A DNA stretch of 57,562 nucleotides from Bacteroidales bacterium (GTDB taxonomy: Bacteria > Bacteroidota > Bacteroidia > Bacteroidales > Dysgonomonadaceae), in assembly GCA_012727735.1 (NCBI GenBank), contig JAAYGM010000042.1, positions 1 to 57,562 of the forward strand, given 5' to 3'. The first letter of the stretch is position 1. The number at the start of each line of letters is the position of its first letter. Shown one piece after another: positions 53,007 to 57,562 of this stretch. The position numbers were made by a program, and so were the translations under genes. A model generated the notes under the pieces. The model saw nothing but the letters and a program-made list of their open reading frames with translations. It made no database searches and had not been told where the DNA came from.

Positions 53007-53295
53007 TGTTTGACTGAAGTTTATGTTTTGTTATAGACCATCTTAATGGTAGTGACAAAACTAAAAAAAATCAGCCAATCTGGAATCAACGGACCTCCTT
53101 AATTTTCATCCGCTTGGGTGTTCAAAAAGCAAACATGGAGGTTTCATATGATTAAAATTATATTTTTTAAGATGTTAATCTTATTGCATTCGTCTCTCGG
53201 TTTGGTCTAATAACAACTCATTCACGGTTGAGTTCTATTAATAAGATGAAAAATTATATAAAACGTTGCATGAGAACTGGAAAAAATGAAAAAAA

Positions 53296-54621
53296 TCATT
53301 CATCCTCTCTCCATTCGATGATGAACAACCTCTCTGTTTTATCCGTAACCCTGAATCGGTTGTCCGATCTTTTACCTACAATCCATACAACATCCTCACC
53401 CGAGAGCAACACCCATACATTTTCTTTCTCCTTAAGGCTGAGCTTGCAATCGGTGAAATAGTCGCTCAGCTTCTTCCTGCCTTTCATCCCAAAAGGGATA
53501 AACCAGTCCCCCTGGCGCCATCGGCGCAATTGTAAAGGGAACTTAAGCTTGTCAAAATCAGCATTGAGATAACGGTTATTTTTCTTGATCTCTGCCGGCT
53601 TCAGCATGGAGCTGATGATCAGGTGAAGAGGCGTTGAAACCTCTTTTACCCCTGCCCCAATCCAGCACTCTCCCTCTGCTTCATCCTTCTTGTCAGCACG
53701 CCTGTCTATGATGAAAAATTCACGGTCTTTGATCAGCCGGTAATGTGCAGAAAAAAACAGCTTCCCTGGTGTAGCATCCATGCTCCCGAAAGCATCTTCT
53801 ATCGTAGATGGTCCGAAGCCGAGGGGTGACAGGATCTCATACAAGAGAGATTGCGGTGATGAGGTTTCGCGAAGTTTCCGGATATCAATCTGATTACTAT
53901 TCACGACATAACCGATCATCTCCCTGATGGATGCATCGTATACTTTTTCCGCATTGCAGAGATTTTGAGAAGTGCGGTGAATGGCCTCCCTCACTGCCGG
54001 ATTAAGCACCTCAAGACCGGGGATAACATTTAGCCTGATCGAATTGCGCACGATCTGATCATCCCCATTGCTGCTGTCGAAGACATACGGTATATCCCTC
54101 TCTGTGATATATGCCTCAATCTCAGCACGGGTGACACACAACAGTGGACGAACCACCTTCCTGTTTCTGGGTGAGATGCCTGTCAGCCCCCTGATGCCTG
54201 TACCGCGTATAAGATTCAGCAAAACAGTCTCCACCGAGTCATCCTTGTGATGGGCCACGGCAATAGCTTCTGCCTCATACTGCATTCGTATCACCTCAAA
54301 CCACCTGTAACGCAGTTCACGTGCGGCCATCTCGATGGATATTTTATTGTCGGCGGCATAAGCCATGGTATCGAAATCAATAGAGGTAAAGAGTACATCT
54401 CTCTCTTTACACCATCTCTGCACAAAAGCGGCATCCCGCTCCGACTCCTCTCCCCTGAGATGAAAATTGCAATGGGCTCCTATGCAACGATAACCCAGGA
54501 GAGTGAGCAGATCGAGCAGCACCATGGAGTCCATTCCTCCGCTCAATCCTACAATCACCACTGCCTCCGGAGTGAGTAGTTTTTCCTTATCTATATAACT
54601 TCGAATCGTCTCCAGCATCAT
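53296..54621 (-). CDS. tilS: tRNA(Ile)-lysidine synthetase
   Basis: PP-loop GLSGGMDS, HCNFHLR, EMAARELRY, AHHKDDSVET, VRPLL, D.SN, RNSIR. Start placed downstream of the TACTTTTG box at 54645-54652. Confidence 0.95.
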   Translation of the reverse strand: MMLETIRSYIDKEKLLTPEAVVIVGLSGGMDSMVLLDLLTLLGYRCIGAHCNFHLRGEESERDAAFVQRWCKERDVLFTSIDFDTMAYAADNKISIEMAARELRYRWFEVIRMQYEAEAIAVAHHKDDSVETVLLNLIRGTGIRGLTGISPRNRKVVRPLLCVTRAEIEAYITERDIPYVFDSSNGDDQIVRNSIRLNVIPGLEVLNPAVREAIHRTSQNLCNAEKVYDASIREMIGYVVNSNQIDIRKLRETSSPQSLLYEILSPLGFGPSTIEDAFGSMDATPGKLFFSAHYRLIKDREFFIIDRRADKKDEAEGECWIGAGVKEVSTPLHLIISSMLKPAEIKKNNRYLNADFDKLKFPLQLRRWRQGDWFIPFGMKGRKKLSDYFTDCKLSLKEKENVWVLLSGEDVVWIVGKRSDNRFRVTDKTERLFIIEWREDE

Positions 54622-54770
54622 TTCCAAATGAGGTTTAGCTAAAACAAAAGTACGCATTTAACCTTCACCAAGCACCCTGGATCTACAAATCTTTCACATA
54701 AAAAAGGATTAAATCGCAATAAAAAGTGTATTTTTGTATTACTAATTGATTGATAAGATTCAACGATATA

Positions 54771-55790
54771 ATGATAGACAAGATTAACGCACTTCTTTCT
54801 GAAATTGAGCAATTAAACGCTTCCACTGCCGATGAGCTGGAAGCAGCACGCATTAAATACCTGAGTAAAAAAGGGACTATCTCCGCACTGATGGACGATT
54901 TTCGTAATGTGCCGGCAGAGCAGAAAAGGGAGATGGGTATGAGAGTAAACGAACTGAAACAAAAAGCCACAGAGAAAATACAATTGCTGAAGGAACAGTT
55001 CGGAAACAACGACGCAAGCTACGCTGAGACAGACCTTTCACGCACCGCCTACCCTGTTCCTTTGGGAACACGCCACCCCATCTCCATTGTCAGGGAGGAG
55101 ATCAACGATATTTTCAAACGGCTCGGTTTCTCCATTGCCGAAGGTCCGGAAATAGAGGATGACTGGCATGTCTTTTCCTCCCTTAACTTTGCAGACGATC
55201 ATCCCGCGCGAGACATGCAAGATACCTTCTTCATTCAAAACGATCCGCAGATTGTGTTGCGCACGCACACCTCTTCCGTGCAGACGCGCGTAATGGAGAA
55301 AACGGAACCACCCATTCGCATCATCTGCCCTGGTCGGGTTTACAGGAACGAGGCGATCTCCTACCGCGCACACTGTTTCTTCCATCAGGTGGAAGCGTTG
55401 TATATTGATAAAGATGTCTCATTCGCCGATTTAAAGCAGGCGCTGCTCTTCTTTGCAAAAGAGATGTTCGGAGAGGATACCAAAATACGATTGCGACCGT
55501 CCTACTTCCCGTTCACCGAGCCGAGTGCCGAGATGGATATCTCCTGCAATATCTGTGGCGGCAAAGGATGTCCTTTCTGTAAGCATACAGGATGGGTGGA
55601 AATACTCGGCTGTGGCATGGTCGATCCCAACGTGCTGGATAACTGCGGCATCGACAGCAAAGTCTATTCCGGTTACGCACTGGGAATGGGTATCGAGCGA
55701 ATCACCAATCTCAAGTATCAGGTGAAGGATTTGCGAATGTTTTCAGAGAATGATCTGCGCTTTCTTGAGCAGTTTCGGTCAGCGAACTAG
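54771..55790 (+). CDS. pheS: Phenylalanine--tRNA ligase alpha subunit
   Basis: HPARDMQDTF, LRTHTSSVQ, PGRVYR, FHQVE, RPSYFPFTEPS, GWVEILGCG, GMGIERI. Confidence 0.97.
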   Translation: MIDKINALLSEIEQLNASTADELEAARIKYLSKKGTISALMDDFRNVPAEQKREMGMRVNELKQKATEKIQLLKEQFGNNDASYAETDLSRTAYPVPLGTRHPISIVREEINDIFKRLGFSIAEGPEIEDDWHVFSSLNFADDHPARDMQDTFFIQNDPQIVLRTHTSSVQTRVMEKTEPPIRIICPGRVYRNEAISYRAHCFFHQVEALYIDKDVSFADLKQALLFFAKEMFGEDTKIRLRPSYFPFTEPSAEMDISCNICGGKGCPFCKHTGWVEILGCGMVDPNVLDNCGIDSKVYSGYALGMGIERITNLKYQVKDLRMFSENDLRFLEQFRSAN

Positions 55791-55812
55791 TGTGATTAAA
55801 AAAATAAACAAC

Positions 55813-56892
55813 ATGATGAGAGTAAAATATGTTATCCTATCGCTTTTCATTTTGGCAATCACCAGCCTTCAAGCGCAAAAAACGACGCGTGTAAATGCAA
55901 TCAAAGCCAACGACTACGGCGTAATCTATTCACTCCCAAAGACATTGTTCGAGATCACGCTGCTGGTAAAGAAAAGTACTTATCTACGGGGTGATTTCTA
56001 CCCCTATGCGAAGGGTTACCTGGGGTTAGAGAACCCGATAACAGAGAACAGTGTACGCTACACGCTGGAAGATGTCTCAGTGGTCAACAAGGGCATTGCC
56101 GATAAAAACAGCTCTTTTATGGTGGAATTTCGTGCCAGGAGCTACGAGCCATTTGTCTATCTTCGTGAAGATGGTGTGATTGTGACGGTGAATGCTGAGC
56201 CTGAACCTGAGATCTCCTCACCGATGGTTGCCCCGGCGGGAGAGAACTCATCTGTCAATCCCCGCCGATTTCTTTCACAGGAAACACTTATGGCCGGGTC
56301 AACAGCTAAGCAAGCTGAGCTTGTAGCACGTCAGATCTTCGATCTCCGCCGTAGCCGCACAGACATCCTCACAGGTGAAGCAGAGAGCATGCCGCCTGAC
56401 GGTAATGCCTACAAAGTGGTGATGGATGAGATTGATATGCAGGAAAAAGCCCTCACTGAGCTGTTTGAGGGACGCATTGAGTCGGAATATTTCCTGAGAA
56501 GTTATACCGTCATCCCCGATGAGAATGAGATGGAGAGATCGGTGATTGCCCGCTTCTCTGAAAAACTGGGACCATTGGATGCCGATAACCTTGCAGGAGA
56601 GCCTCTCTACCTTACATTAAGGAACAAGACGCCCAAGGTGGCGTTGCAGCTCTCAGAGCGTGACTTGAATCGTCTTAAGGATAAATTCAAACAAGGGCTT
56701 GTCTATAATATACCGGGTAAAGGAGACCTGACGCTGGAGTTCAGAAACAGACCGGTAAAAAGCATGGAGGTGGATGTGGTGCAGTACGGATCACAGGATG
56801 TGCTGACGAAGAAAATGTTCGAAAACATGAAGCAACCCATCAAGGTTTTGTTTTACCCAGAGCTGGGTGCCATAAAACAGATTATTCAATAG
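55813..56892 (+). CDS. DUF4831-like secreted protein
   Basis: Signal peptide ending LQA-Q; GVIYSLPKT, G.F..YA..YLG, AGSTAKQAELVA..IF..R..R..IL.GE, Y.IPG, QYG. Confidence 0.75.
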   Translation: MMRVKYVILSLFILAITSLQAQKTTRVNAIKANDYGVIYSLPKTLFEITLLVKKSTYLRGDFYPYAKGYLGLENPITENSVRYTLEDVSVVNKGIADKNSSFMVEFRARSYEPFVYLREDGVIVTVNAEPEPEISSPMVAPAGENSSVNPRRFLSQETLMAGSTAKQAELVARQIFDLRRSRTDILTGEAESMPPDGNAYKVVMDEIDMQEKALTELFEGRIESEYFLRSYTVIPDENEMERSVIARFSEKLGPLDADNLAGEPLYLTLRNKTPKVALQLSERDLNRLKDKFKQGLVYNIPGKGDLTLEFRNRPVKSMEVDVVQYGSQDVLTKKMFENMKQPIKVLFYPELGAIKQIIQ

Positions 56893-56933
56893 AGAGGGAA
56901 ATCCGTTTTCGATTAATACAAAGAATAATAGAG

Positions 56934-57562
56934 ATGAGAACCAGAATCTTTTTACCAGTTGTTCTTCTTTTTGTCACGGGATTTGGATTGATGATCTCCT
57001 GCGGAGAAAGAAGAGGTGGTGGAAAAGCATCAGAGATTATATTTGACAGTATCGTCGTGAAACATCGGATACCCCTTTTGCAGGCAAACGACACGACCCT
57101 GCCCTCAGCTGAGGTGGAGCTGTCGTTCATCTATCCTGTCAGGTTCCGTAACGCCGTGAGCCTCGCCCGTCTGCAGCAGATCTTCAAGGGTACATTTTTC
57201 GGAGATACGAGATACGACAGCATCACACCAGAGGAGGCCGTAACACTTTTCATGACCGATTATACGACACGATATGAGTCGTTGTCGAACAGTTACTACG
57301 AAGACAAGGCGCGCCTGGCAGGTGAGATGCCTGTATGGTACTGGTATTCCATAAGCAACAAAAACAAGATCCTGTTTCAGGATCATTCATTGTTAAGTTA
57401 CGCCGTTGAATACAGTGATTATGAGGGAGGTGCACACGGATCGTACCGGATTCTATACAGCTGTATCGATCTGAACAAACTCAACACCATCTCGGAAGAA
57501 GATCTGTTTGTGGCGGACTATTACAAACCTCTCACAAAAAAAATTATTGAGCAGTTAATGGA
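56934..57562 (+). CDS. DUF3298/DUF4163 (RsiV/PdaC-like) lipoprotein, truncated by the window end
   Basis: Manual translation MRTRIFLPVVLLFVTGFGLMISC-GERR...LLSYAVEYSDYEGGAHG.... It has a lipobox and the Y.GGAHG motif, and is open to the end of the window. Confidence 0.8.
   Translation, partial: MRTRIFLPVVLLFVTGFGLMISCGERRGGGKASEIIFDSIVVKHRIPLLQANDTTLPSAEVELSFIYPVRFRNAVSLARLQQIFKGTFFGDTRYDSITPEEAVTLFMTDYTTRYESLSNSYYEDKARLAGEMPVWYWYSISNKNKILFQDHSLLSYAVEYSDYEGGAHGSYRILYSCIDLNKLNTISEEDLFVADYYKPLTKKIIEQLM

Larger units (their letters stand above)
51565..53143 (-). mobile_element. IS110-family insertion sequence (ends tentative)
   Basis: Encodes an IS110 DEDD transposase. No terminal inverted repeats seen. 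Tentative ends are set at a repeated GGTT core (51565-51568 and 53140-53143). Confidence 0.7.

Noticed and set aside
55540-55585. CNICGGKGCPFC cysteine cluster in PheS
   Set aside because: A common insertion in PheS of Bacteroidota and Bacillota; not novel.
1-57562. CRISPR array, prophage, integron or recognisable defence island
   Set aside because: No regularly spaced repeats with unique spacers, and no cas, integrase, phage structural or known defence genes were recognised.

Overview
A mostly housekeeping chromosomal segment from a Bacteroidales bacterium. Evidence for the phylum is the repeated TAnnTTTG -7 promoter boxes, the Bacteroidota-type gene set and a general lack of Shine-Dalgarno sites; a Dysgonomonadaceae/Proteiniphilum-like lineage is an inference. 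Core genes include purB, asnS, lepA, a CCA-adding enzyme, the ftsX-DUF3098-uppP-truB-queA-folK operon, prs, pyrF, prfA, purM, gyrA, secA, rpmE2, cinA, serS, tilS, pheS and tRNA-Val(TAC). Accessory elements are a TetR-TolC-HlyD efflux operon with a clear operator, a cobalamin riboswitch controlling a GC-rich btuB/btuG-like pair, a beta-barrel plus surface-lipoprotein pair inserted between prfA and pyrF, a prokaryotic SLC12-like transporter, and one IS110-family element. The best leads are: (1) the IS110, whose transposase is split at an A9 run and whose structured 3' non-coding end is a candidate bridge RNA with short matches to the reconstructed insertion site; (2) an apparently catalytically dead PafA-type phosphatase encoded between an Lnb-like (DUF4105) gene and secA; (3) a dispersed degenerate 7-bp tandem repeat at three gene junctions. 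All family calls come from motif recognition by eye; no searches were run.
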